Virus record (IMG/VR): IMGVR_UViG_2778261164_000008 | Source: a virus | Taxonomy: Duplodnaviria; Heunggongvirae; Uroviricota; Caudoviricetes | Length of the DNA: 24,703 nucleotides | Reading direction: 5' to 3' (one strand) | Part shown: positions 17,438 through 24,703 of the stretch, piece by piece | Layout: each line of letters begins with the position of its first letter | Position numbering within the stretch: the stretch's first letter is position 1 | Translations under genes and position numbers: made by a program | The notes under the pieces: model-generated | What the model saw: only the letters and a program-made list of their open reading frames with translations | Databases searched by the model: none | What the model was told of the DNA's origin: nothing

Positions 17438-17640
17438 TGAAAGTGCGTGCGCATCAGTATGACACGGTGGACGCGCTTTGCTGGCGTCATTACGGGCGCA
17501 CGCAGGGTGTCACGGAGCAGGTACTGAAGGCAAATCCGGGGCTTGCCGAATACGGCCCCTTTTTACCTCACGGGCTGCAGGTGGAGCTGCCGGACATTCC
17601 GACCACCACCACCGTGCAGACCGTCCAGCTATGGGACTGA
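17437..17640 (+). CDS. X: Tail protein X (LysM-like)
   Basis: 67 aa MKVRAHQYDTVDALCWRHYGRT...; size and position match P2 gpX. Confidence 0.85.
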   Translation: MKVRAHQYDTVDALCWRHYGRTQGVTEQVLKANPGLAEYGPFLPHGLQVELPDIPTTTTVQTVQLWD

Positions 17641-17643
17641 ATT

Positions 17644-17859
17644 ATGACGCTTGAGCGAATCAGCGCCTTTATCACGTATTGCATCGCCGTCGTGCTGGCC
17701 TGGCTGGGCGATTTGTCCATCAAGGATGCCTCAACGCTGGGCGGCCTGATGATTGGTGTGCTGATGCTGGCTATCAACTGGTACTACAAACATAAAGCCT
17801 ACCAGCTTCTGCGCGACGGGCAGATCTCGCGGGAGGACTATGAATCCATCAATCGTTAA
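17644..17859 (+). CDS. Holin (small, pinholin-like)
   Basis: 71 aa with two hydrophobic segments (ISAFITYCIAVVLAWLG; LGGLMIGVLMLAINWYY) and a charged C-terminus; sits immediately upstream of the lysozyme and overlaps its start. Confidence 0.7.
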   Translation: MTLERISAFITYCIAVVLAWLGDLSIKDASTLGGLMIGVLMLAINWYYKHKAYQLLRDGQISREDYESINR

Positions 17860-18355
17860 ACGCTGCCTTGTCGGGGCCGTGCTGGCTATTGCAGCTACGT
17901 TGCCGGGTTTTCAGCAGCTTCACACCTCCGTGGAGGGGCTGAAACTAATTGCCGATTACGAAGGCTGCCGTCTGCAGCCGTATCAGTGCAGTGCAGGTGT
18001 CTGGACCGACGGCATTGGTAATACATCGGGCGTCATTCCCGGCAAAACAATCACGGAACGACAGGCAGCAGAAGGGCTGATTTCCAACGTGCTGCGTGTG
18101 GAGCGGGCGCTGGAAAGGTGTGTGAAGCAACAGCCGCCGCAGAAGGTATATGACGCTACGGTGTCGTTTGCCTTCAACGTGGGAACGGGCAATGCCTGCA
18201 GTTCCACACTGGTGAAATTACTCAATCAGCGGCGCTGGGCAGAAGCGTGCCGACAGTTGCCGCGCTGGGTTTATGTGAAAGGTGTGTTTAATCAGGGGCT
18301 GGATAACCGCCGTGCGCGGGAGATGGCCTGGTGCCTTAAAGGAGCTGGACTATGA
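17840..18355 (+). CDS. Endolysin, lysozyme family with N-terminal signal-anchor-release (SAR) segment
   Basis: ATG at 17840 with GGGAGG RBS. N-terminal hydrophobic stretch VGAVLAIAATLPGF followed by EGLKLIADYEGCRLQPYQCSAGVWTDGIGNT, typical of phage 21 R / P1 Lyz-like SAR lysozymes. Confidence 0.85.
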   Translation: MNPSIVKRCLVGAVLAIAATLPGFQQLHTSVEGLKLIADYEGCRLQPYQCSAGVWTDGIGNTSGVIPGKTITERQAAEGLISNVLRVERALERCVKQQPPQKVYDATVSFAFNVGTGNACSSTLVKLLNQRRWAEACRQLPRWVYVKGVFNQGLDNRRAREMAWCLKGAGL

Positions 18356-18780
18356 CGCGTGCGCTGGCGGTAGTGGCGGCGCTGGCACTCGTTGCGCTGG
18401 GCTGGCAGTCGTGGCGGCTTAACAGCGCCAGCCACACCATCGAAACGCAGCGCGCGGCGCTGAAAAGTAAAGCGCACGAACTAACGAAGAAAAATAGCCA
18501 GCTGATCAGTCTGTCCATTCTGGCTGAAACCAATAACCGGGAGCAGGCGCGGCTCTATGCCGAAGCAGAACAGACCAGCGCGCTGCTGAGACAACGACAA
18601 CACCGGATCGAGGAACTGAAACGTGAGAACGAGGATTTACGCCGCTGGGCTGATACTCCTTTGCCTGCTGACATTATCCGGTTGCGAAAACGTCCGGTAT
18701 TCACCGGAGGTGCAGCTTACCGTCAGTGGTTGTCCGCGAGTGACGCCGTGTCGGCTGGATCAGGCAACGCCGCGCACTAA
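18352..18780 (+). CDS. i-spanin (Rz/LysB-like)
   Basis: 142 aa; ATG overlaps the lysozyme stop (ATGA); N-terminal TM segment LAVVAALALVALGW then coiled-coil-like periplasmic region. Confidence 0.75.
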   Translation: MTRALAVVAALALVALGWQSWRLNSASHTIETQRAALKSKAHELTKKNSQLISLSILAETNNREQARLYAEAEQTSALLRQRQHRIEELKRENEDLRRWADTPLPADIIRLRKRPVFTGGAAYRQWLSASDAVSAGSGNAAH

Positions 18781-18913
18781 CGGTGATCTGAACGCGTTGC
18801 TGGATGAAACGGAGGCCGCCTGGGCGGTCTGTGCAGACAAAGTGGACATGATTATTGCGTGTCAGGAGCGAAACAGTGAACAAACCACAATCCCTGCGCC
18901 ACGCCCTCAATAA
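18623..18913 (+). CDS. o-spanin (Rz1/LysC-like outer-membrane lipoprotein)
   Basis: GTG start at 18623 in a different frame, beginning inside the i-spanin gene. Signal peptide with lipobox LTLSGC, then a Pro-rich mature part. Confidence 0.7.
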   Translation: MRTRIYAAGLILLCLLTLSGCENVRYSPEVQLTVSGCPRVTPCRLDQATPRTNGDLNALLDETEAAWAVCADKVDMIIACQERNSEQTTIPAPRPQ

Positions 18914-19307
18914 AGCAGTGCCTTATGTCCGCAATAACCCGGACAAACTGCATCTGTTTGTGGATAACGGTTCGCTGGTTGCCACGGGGGCCAGCTCCAT
19001 GTCATGGGAGTACCGCTATACCCTGAACGTGGTGATTGAGGATTTCAGCGGCGACCAGAATCTGCTGATGGCCCCGGTTTTGCTGTGGCTGCGGGATAAT
19101 CAGCCTGATGCCATCAATAACCCGGCGTTACGGAAAAAGTTATTCACCTTTGAGGTGGATATTCTGCGCAATGATGTCTGTGATATCAGCCTTAACCTGC
19201 AACTGACGGAGCGTGTGCTGGTCAGCACTGATGGCAGTGTGTCGAGTGTTGAAGCTGTAGCGGAACCCGATGAACCTGAAGAAATGTGGACGGTGAAACG
19301 TGGCTGA
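18876..19307 (+). CDS. R: Tail completion protein gpR
   Basis: Likely GTG start at 18876 with AGGAGCG RBS at 18863 (the track ORF begins at a TTG at 18855). ...SLRHALNKAVPYVRNNPDKLHLFVDNGSLVATG resembles P2 gpR. Confidence 0.8.
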   Translation: MNKPQSLRHALNKAVPYVRNNPDKLHLFVDNGSLVATGASSMSWEYRYTLNVVIEDFSGDQNLLMAPVLLWLRDNQPDAINNPALRKKLFTFEVDILRNDVCDISLNLQLTERVLVSTDGSVSSVEAVAEPDEPEEMWTVKRG

Positions 19308-19746
19308 ATTGCAGAAGGTGGACGACTGGTTGAGTGCCTTGCTGGCGAATCTGGAGCCAGCCGCAAGAAGCCGTATGATGCGCCAGCTGGCGCAAGAACT
19401 GCGCCGGACACAGCAGCAGAACATCAGGATGCAGCGCAATCCAGATGGCAGTAGTTATGAGCCGCGCAGAGTAACAGCACGCAGCAAAAAGGGGCGCATC
19501 AAACGTCAGATGTTTGCAAAGCTGCGCACCAAAAAATACCTGAAAACTGCCGCCAGCGCCGATTCTGCCAGCGTGCAGTTTGAAGGTAAGGTGCAGCGCA
19601 TTGCCCGCGTTCATCACTACGGCCTGCGTGATCGTGTTAGTCGTAAGGGGCCGGAGGTACGTTATGCTGAGCGGCGGCTATTGGGTTTCAACGATGAAGC
19701 TACTCTTCAAATTAAAACAATTTTATCTAGTTACTTAATGGGGTGA
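19300..19746 (+). CDS. S: Tail completion protein gpS
   Basis: 148 aa, GTG start at 19300 overlapping the R stop; size and synteny match P2 gpS (~150 aa). Confidence 0.85.
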   Translation: MAELQKVDDWLSALLANLEPAARSRMMRQLAQELRRTQQQNIRMQRNPDGSSYEPRRVTARSKKGRIKRQMFAKLRTKKYLKTAASADSASVQFEGKVQRIARVHHYGLRDRVSRKGPEVRYAERRLLGFNDEATLQIKTILSSYLMG

Positions 19747-19838
19747 AGATTCACGCTTTTGCTAGCTTCTACAAGGTTTTATGCTTCTAAACACTGTATG
19801 TTTAATTTGACATATAACTATTTGTACAAGCGGTGAGT

Positions 19839-21062
19839 ATGAAAAAGCAAGATGAGTCCCCCAAAGCTGATAAATCAAATTTAGATAAAAGTGAGTCTGA
19901 ACCACCAAAAGCGAACTCTATGGCAGATGCCATGGCCATAGCGGCAGAGGTTGCTACGACAGCAACGTCAGTTCAAACATCAACCTTTGCAATTATCGCG
20001 GATTTTCTACGTTCAGGTGGTATAGAAAAACTAACTTCAAATGCTATCAAAAATTTAGAAATAAAAGTAAAGGGCCATTCTCAAGCGACAAGAACTACGG
20101 TATTGAGGAACCTGAAGACCTCTTTCAAAGAGGAGAATTTAGTTCTTGTTTTAGGTGCTGGCATTTCTTTAGATTACAGCATACCAACATGGAGTGAATT
20201 ATTAAAGCGGCTATTGGCAAGAGCTTTGGATGATAAAAATGAAAATCAGAAAATGGTATCGGTTTTGTTTAATGAGGTTTTCGGTCCGAACGCACTCATA
20301 GCAGCCAGATATCTAAAACTACACTTTGATGGTATTAATACTCCCTTGGAAAAAGAAATTCAGCATGTTTTGTATGAATATTATCAGGAGGAAGAAAGCA
20401 GTACATTGAAAGCAATCAAGAAATTGTGCATATCGGCAGGCAAGTCACCAGGTCTAGATTCCGTTATTACATATAACTATGATGATATTTTGGAACAGAC
20501 ATTAACTAGAGCTGATGTTGGTATAAAGTATAAGGTGATTTCAAAGACGGGGCAGCATGCAAAAAATGATGAACTGCCGATCTACCATGTGCATGGCTAT
20601 CTCCCATTGCAGGGGAAAGTTGAACTCGATGACACGCTAGTCCTTTCTGATGAAAGCTATCATAGGCAATACATGGATTTATACCATTGGAGCAATATGG
20701 TTCAGTTGAATAAATTCAAAGATGGAAATTGCCTGTTTGTTGGTCATTCCTTTACAGATCCAAACCTCAGAAGGTTGATGGATACAGCCAAAAAACTTAG
20801 AGGGAATGATTCTAAACCTCATTATTTAATTAAGTGTAGACATTCGAAAGAAGATGTGATTGCTAATATTCAAAGAATTGTTAGTGACTCAAGAAATGGA
20901 TTTGATAATAAACTGAATATTAATGAGGATGCAATCGCGACCTCTCTTTTACAGACAGTGCATACTTTTGAAGAAATCGATGCTAATTCATTTGGCGTGA
21001 ATGTTATTTGGATCGACTCTTACGATGAGATTGCACCAATACTTAATGATCTAACACAATAA
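19839..21062 (+). CDS. SIR2-like (SIR2_2 family) protein, candidate NAD+-consuming defence effector; cargo gene
   Basis: ATG at 19839 (the track ORF begins two codons earlier at a GTG). After a ~100-aa Lys/Ser/Ala-rich N-terminus: LVLVLGAGISLDYSIPTWSELL (Rossmann GAG), LPIYHVHGY (candidate catalytic His) and CLFVGHSFTDPNLRRLM, all characteristic of prokaryotic SIR2-like domains. AT-rich; inserted between S and the V late promoter. Confidence 0.8.
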   Translation: MKKQDESPKADKSNLDKSESEPPKANSMADAMAIAAEVATTATSVQTSTFAIIADFLRSGGIEKLTSNAIKNLEIKVKGHSQATRTTVLRNLKTSFKEENLVLVLGAGISLDYSIPTWSELLKRLLARALDDKNENQKMVSVLFNEVFGPNALIAARYLKLHFDGINTPLEKEIQHVLYEYYQEEESSTLKAIKKLCISAGKSPGLDSVITYNYDDILEQTLTRADVGIKYKVISKTGQHAKNDELPIYHVHGYLPLQGKVELDDTLVLSDESYHRQYMDLYHWSNMVQLNKFKDGNCLFVGHSFTDPNLRRLMDTAKKLRGNDSKPHYLIKCRHSKEDVIANIQRIVSDSRNGFDNKLNINEDAIATSLLQTVHTFEEIDANSFGVNVIWIDSYDEIAPILNDLTQ

Positions 21063-21073
21063 TCTCCCTAAGT

Positions 21074-21091
21074 TGTGCCAGAAATGGCACA
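21074..21091. promoter_or_regulatory. Ogr/Delta-type late activator box (TGT-N12-ACA) for the V operon
   Basis: TGTGCCAGAAATGGCACA, a near-perfect palindrome, about 50-65 bp upstream of the V start. Confidence 0.6.
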
Positions 21092-21139
21092 GCTTTAAAT
21101 CCTATCCTAATGACGGCAGCATTTGGCAATCTAATTGCC

Positions 21140-21718
21140 ATGAACGCTCAACTAACAGAAATCATGCGCCTTATCACCAATCTGATCCGCACTGGTGTAG
21201 TCACCGAAGTGGACCGGGAAAACTGGCTTTGTCGGGTGAAAACGGGCGACCTTGAAACCAACTGGATTAACTGGCTGACACTGCGCGCGGGCAAATCGCG
21301 CACCTGGTGGAAACCGTCTGTGGGTGAGCAGGTTGTGCTGTTCAGCCTTGGCGGCAATCTGGAAACCGCGTTTGCCCTGCCTGCGGTCTACTCAAACCAG
21401 TTTCCGCCACCTTCAGACTCTGAGGACGGTAACGTGACGGAATACCCAGACGGTGGCTGGTTTGAATACGAACCCGCCACCGGGCGCTGGTATGTCAGGG
21501 GCATCAAATCCATGGTCATTGAGGCCACTGACAACATCACCCTGAAAACCAGTGAGTTTGTACTGGAGGCTGACCGCACGCGCATTAACAGCGAAGTGGT
21601 GATCAATGGTGGCGTTACCCAGGGCGGCGGTGCAATGAGTTCTAACGGAATCGTGGTTGATACGCATCAGCATACAGGCGTCCTGAAAGGCGGTGATACC
21701 ACCGGAGGCCCGGTATGA
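21140..21718 (+). CDS. V: Baseplate assembly/spike protein gpV
   Basis: Start taken as ATG 21140 (MNAQLTEIMRLITNLIRTG...); the ATG at 21110 is an alternative. WWKPSVGEQVVLFSLGGNLETAF and C-terminal HQHTG...GGDTTGGP match P2 gpV as I recall it. Confidence 0.85.
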   Translation: MNAQLTEIMRLITNLIRTGVVTEVDRENWLCRVKTGDLETNWINWLTLRAGKSRTWWKPSVGEQVVLFSLGGNLETAFALPAVYSNQFPPPSDSEDGNVTEYPDGGWFEYEPATGRWYVRGIKSMVIEATDNITLKTSEFVLEADRTRINSEVVINGGVTQGGGAMSSNGIVVDTHQHTGVLKGGDTTGGPV

Positions 21719-22074
21719 CGCTTTATAGCGGGATGAACAATACCAGCGGTAAAGCCATTACTGATATTGACCATCTGCGCCAGTCGGTGCGGGACATTTT
21801 GCTGACGCCGCAGGGTAGCCGCATTGCCCGTCGGGAATATGGCTCCCTGCTGTCGGCACTGATAGACCAGCCACAAAATCCGGCGTTACGCCTGCAGGTC
21901 ATGTCGGCAGTGTATGTGGCGCTGAGTCGCTGGGAGCCACGGCTGACGCTGGATTCCATCACCATCAACAGCAACTTTGACGGTTCAATGGTGGTGGAGC
22001 TGACCGGGCGGCGTAATAACGGTGTGCCTGTTTCCCTTTCCGTATCAACAGGAGCAGAGAATGGCAGTGATTGA
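21715..22074 (+). CDS. W: Baseplate assembly protein gpW (GPW/gp25 family)
   Basis: 119 aa; ATG overlaps the V stop; size and synteny match P2 gpW. Confidence 0.9.
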   Translation: MTLYSGMNNTSGKAITDIDHLRQSVRDILLTPQGSRIARREYGSLLSALIDQPQNPALRLQVMSAVYVALSRWEPRLTLDSITINSNFDGSMVVELTGRRNNGVPVSLSVSTGAENGSD

Positions 22075-22969
22075 CCTTTCGCAGTTGCCTGCGCCGCAGA
22101 TTGTGGATGTGCCCGACTTTGAGACGCTGCTTGCCGAACGCAAGGCAGAATTTGTGGCGCTTCATCCGAAAGATGAACAGGAGGCTGTGATGCGTACGCT
22201 GGAACTGGAATCTGAACCCGTCACCAAATTGTTGCAGGAGAACGCTTACCGTGAGTTGCTTCTGCGCCAGCGCATTAACGAAGCCGCGCAGGCTGTGATG
22301 GTGGCTTACGCTATGGGCAGCGATCTTGACCAGCTCGCTGCCAACTACAACGTGAAACGCCTGACGGTGACGCCTGCTGATAATGACGCTGTGCCGCCCG
22401 TTGCAGCTGTGATGGAAAGCGATGAAGCGTTACGCCTGCGTGTGCCTGCAGCCTTTGAAGGGCTTTCAGTTGCGGGGCCAACTGCAGCTTATGAATTTCA
22501 TGCCCGAAGCGCCGACGGTCGGGTGGCGGATGCCAGTGCAACCAGCCCGGCACCTGCAGAGGTGGTGCTGACTGTCCTTAGCCGCGAAGGCGATGGAACT
22601 GCAGAAAAAGATCTGCTGGACGTGGTGGAAAAAGCTCTGAACAGTGAGAACGTCCGCCCGGTGGCTGACCGTCTGACGGTTCGCAGCGCAGAAATCATCC
22701 CGTATCGCGTGGAAGCCACCATTTTTCTCTATCCGGGACCGGAAGCAGAGCCGGTAATGGCAGCGGCAAAAGCCAGCCTGCAGAAGTACATCGCCAGTCA
22801 GACGCGTCTTGGTCGGGATATTCGCCGTAGCGCCATCTTTGCCGCCCTGCATGTTGAGGGTGTGCAGCGTGTGGAGCTGGCTTCTCCTCTGGCGGATGTG
22901 GTCCTGAACAAAACACAGGCGGCATCATGTACGCAGTGGAGCGTAACCAACGGAGGAACGGATGAATAG
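22061..22969 (+). CDS. J: Baseplate assembly protein gpJ
   Basis: ATG at 22061 with GGAG RBS at 22051 (MAVIDLSQLPAPQIV...); 302 aa, matching P2 gpJ size. Confidence 0.9.
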   Translation: MAVIDLSQLPAPQIVDVPDFETLLAERKAEFVALHPKDEQEAVMRTLELESEPVTKLLQENAYRELLLRQRINEAAQAVMVAYAMGSDLDQLAANYNVKRLTVTPADNDAVPPVAAVMESDEALRLRVPAAFEGLSVAGPTAAYEFHARSADGRVADASATSPAPAEVVLTVLSREGDGTAEKDLLDVVEKALNSENVRPVADRLTVRSAEIIPYRVEATIFLYPGPEAEPVMAAAKASLQKYIASQTRLGRDIRRSAIFAALHVEGVQRVELASPLADVVLNKTQAASCTQWSVTNGGTDE

Positions 22970-23567
22970 TCTGCTGCCACCGGGTTCAACACCACTGGAG
23001 CGCCGACTGGCGCAAACCTGCAGCGGGATTTCTGATCTGCAGGTGCCGCTTCGTGACTTGTGGAATCCGGCAACCTGCCCGGTCAGTTTCCTGCCTTATC
23101 TCGCCTGGGCGTTCTCTGTGGATCGCTGGGACGAGGGCTGGACAGAAAGCGTCAAGCGCCAGGTGGTGAAGGATGCTTTTTATATTCATCAGCATAAAGG
23201 GACCACCAGTGCCGTGCGTCGGGTGGTGGAGCCGTTCGGCTTTCTGATCCGCATTATTGAGTGGTGGCAGACCGGAGAGACACCGGGCACGTTTCGTCTG
23301 GATATCGGCGTGCAGGAACAGGGCATCACTGAAGATACCTATCTGGAACTTGAGCGACTGATAAGCGATGCCAAACCATGTAGCCGTCACATGATCGGCA
23401 TGTCCATCAACCTGCAGACCAGCGGCCCGCATTGGGTGGGAGCCGCCAGCTATCTTGGCGAAGAAATCACGATCTATCCGTATATCAACGAAACAATTAT
23501 TTCCGGCGGCACCGCGCATGAAGGCGGGGCGGTCCATGTTATTGACACAATGAGAGTGAATCCATGA
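22962..23567 (+). CDS. I: Tail protein gpI
   Basis: 201 aa, ATG at 22962 with GGAGGAACGG RBS; synteny J-I-H. Confidence 0.85.
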   Translation: MNSLLPPGSTPLERRLAQTCSGISDLQVPLRDLWNPATCPVSFLPYLAWAFSVDRWDEGWTESVKRQVVKDAFYIHQHKGTTSAVRRVVEPFGFLIRIIEWWQTGETPGTFRLDIGVQEQGITEDTYLELERLISDAKPCSRHMIGMSINLQTSGPHWVGAASYLGEEITIYPYINETIISGGTAHEGGAVHVIDTMRVNP

Positions 23568-24703
23568 GCACAAAATTTTATACCCTGCTGACGGATATTG
23601 GCGCGGCGAAACTTGCCAGCGCCGCCGCGCTCGGTGTGCCTTTAAAAATTACCCATATGGCGGTCGGCGATGGCGGCGGAACATTGCCAACGCCGGACGC
23701 AAAGCAGACAGCATTAGTAAATGAGAAACGCCGGGCTGCGCTGAATATGCTCTATATCGACCCGCAGAACAGCAGCCAGATTATTGCTGAACAGGTGATC
23801 CCTGAAAACGAGGGCGGTTGGTGGATACGTGAAGTGGGCCTGTTTGATGAGTCCGGGGCATTGATTGCCGTGGGCAACTGCCCGGAAAGCTATAAGCCGC
23901 AACTGGCTGAAGGCAGCGGGCGTACCCAGACCGTGCGCATGGTGCTGATTACCAGCAGCACGGACAATATCACCCTGAAAATCGACCCTGCCGTAGTGCT
24001 GGCAACCCGCAAGTATGTGGATGACAAGGTACTGGAGCTGAAGGTGTACGTAGATGACCTGATGGCAAAACATCTTGCTGCACAGGACCCACATTCACAG
24101 TACGCGCCAAAAGCCAGCCCGACATTTACCGGAACCCCCAAAGCGCCAACGCCAGCGGCGGGGAATAATACCACGCAGGTTGCGACCACTGCGTTTGTAC
24201 AGGCGGCACTGACGGCCCTTATTAATGGTGCGCCAGCCACGCTGGACACGCTGAAAGAAATAGCCGCAGCCATTAACAATGATCCGAATTTCAGTACCAC
24301 CATTAACAATGCGCTGGCACTAAAAGCACCGTTGTCGAGTCCGGCACTCACCGGAACGCCAACAGCCCCCACGGCGGCGCAGTCGGTCAACAATACACAG
24401 ATTGCCACTACGGCTTTTGTGAAATCGGCGATTGCAGGAATGGTGGGTTCTGCACCTGCTGCACTGGATACACTGAACGAACTGGCGGCGGCACTGGGGA
24501 ATGATCCGAACTTTGCCACGACAATGCTTAATGCGCTGGCAGGTAAACAACCGTTGGACAATACGCTTACCAATTTGAGTGGAAAGGATGTGGCTGGTCT
24601 TCTCGCATACCTTGGTTTGGGAGAAGCGGCAAAACGGAATGTGGGCAACGGGGAAAACCAAATCCCTGATATGTCTTTCTGGACGGTTACTGGTGGCAAT
24701 GGA
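23564..24703 (+). CDS. H: Tail fibre protein gpH (5' part; continues beyond the window)
   Basis: ATG at 23564 overlapping the I stop (ATGA); open to the window end. Conserved N-terminus MSTKFYTLLTDIGAAKLASAAALGVPLKITHMAVGDGGG typical of P2-family tail fibres; Thr/Ala-rich repeats downstream. Confidence 0.85.
   Translation, partial: MSTKFYTLLTDIGAAKLASAAALGVPLKITHMAVGDGGGTLPTPDAKQTALVNEKRRAALNMLYIDPQNSSQIIAEQVIPENEGGWWIREVGLFDESGALIAVGNCPESYKPQLAEGSGRTQTVRMVLITSSTDNITLKIDPAVVLATRKYVDDKVLELKVYVDDLMAKHLAAQDPHSQYAPKASPTFTGTPKAPTPAAGNNTTQVATTAFVQAALTALINGAPATLDTLKEIAAAINNDPNFSTTINNALALKAPLSSPALTGTPTAPTAAQSVNNTQIATTAFVKSAIAGMVGSAPAALDTLNELAAALGNDPNFATTMLNALAGKQPLDNTLTNLSGKDVAGLLAYLGLGEAAKRNVGNGENQIPDMSFWTVTGGNG
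24115..24555 (+). repeat. Two diverged tandem repeat units (~216 bp, ~72 aa each) within the tail fibre gene
   Basis: Peptide units ...TGTPKAPTPAAGNNTTQVATTAFVQAAL...DTLKEIAAAINNDPNFSTTINNALALKAPL and ...TGTPTAPTAAQSVNNTQIATTAFVKSAI...DTLNELAAALGNDPNFATTMLNALAGKQPL repeat head-to-tail; boundaries approximate. Confidence 0.6.

Noticed and set aside
19807-19812. TTGACA hexamer upstream of the SIR2 gene as a promoter -35
   Set aside because: No convincing -10 hexamer at 16-18 bp spacing; kept only as a remark in the findings, not annotated as a feature.
22986-23573. 195-aa minus-strand ORF
   Set aside because: Antisense to tail gene I, which is in operon synteny with J and H.
23890-24699. 269-aa minus-strand ORF with Ala/Ser-rich low-complexity product
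   Set aside because: Antisense to the tail fibre gene H, whose plus-strand reading has the conserved P2-family N-terminus and continues past the window end; the minus-strand product is a mirror of the repeat-rich sequence.
1-24703. Search for tRNA genes, attachment-site direct repeats, CRISPR arrays and IS elements
   Set aside because: No cloverleaf-like tRNA candidate, repeat-spacer array or transposase was recognised; the prophage attachment site is expected just outside the left edge of the window, beyond the integrase C-terminus, and cannot be assessed here.

Overview
The window is a gene-dense segment of an integrated P2/186-like temperate myophage (Peduovirus-type) in an enterobacterial-looking backbone. 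Identifications rest on reading the translated ORFs and recalling protein families; no database search was run. Order, left to right: tyrosine integrase (-), 186-type CI repressor (-), Apl/Cox-like switch protein and CII (+), small early genes, TraR-like zinc finger, Dam methyltransferase, replication endonuclease A, a LexA-box-controlled module with a DinI-like gene, an intrinsic terminator, a cos-like site, portal Q and terminase P (-), then the late operon O-N-M-L-X, pinholin-like holin, SAR-type lysozyme, overlapping spanins, R, S, V, W, J, I and the 5' part of tail fibre H (+). Three visibly AT-rich cargo insertions interrupt this backbone: (1) a 558-aa membrane-anchored coiled-coil protein with a C-terminal T5orf172/GIY-YIG-like domain inside the cI-int operon; (2) a tightly coupled two-gene cassette (272-aa soluble protein plus 248-aa 2-TM protein with an internal G9 tract) between the cos-like site and the portal gene; (3) a single ~407-aa SIR2-like protein between S and the V late promoter. 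These are the best candidates for phage-carried anti-phage defence or other accessory functions, and (2) cannot be assigned to any family I recognise. No tRNA, rRNA, CRISPR array or IS element was recognised.
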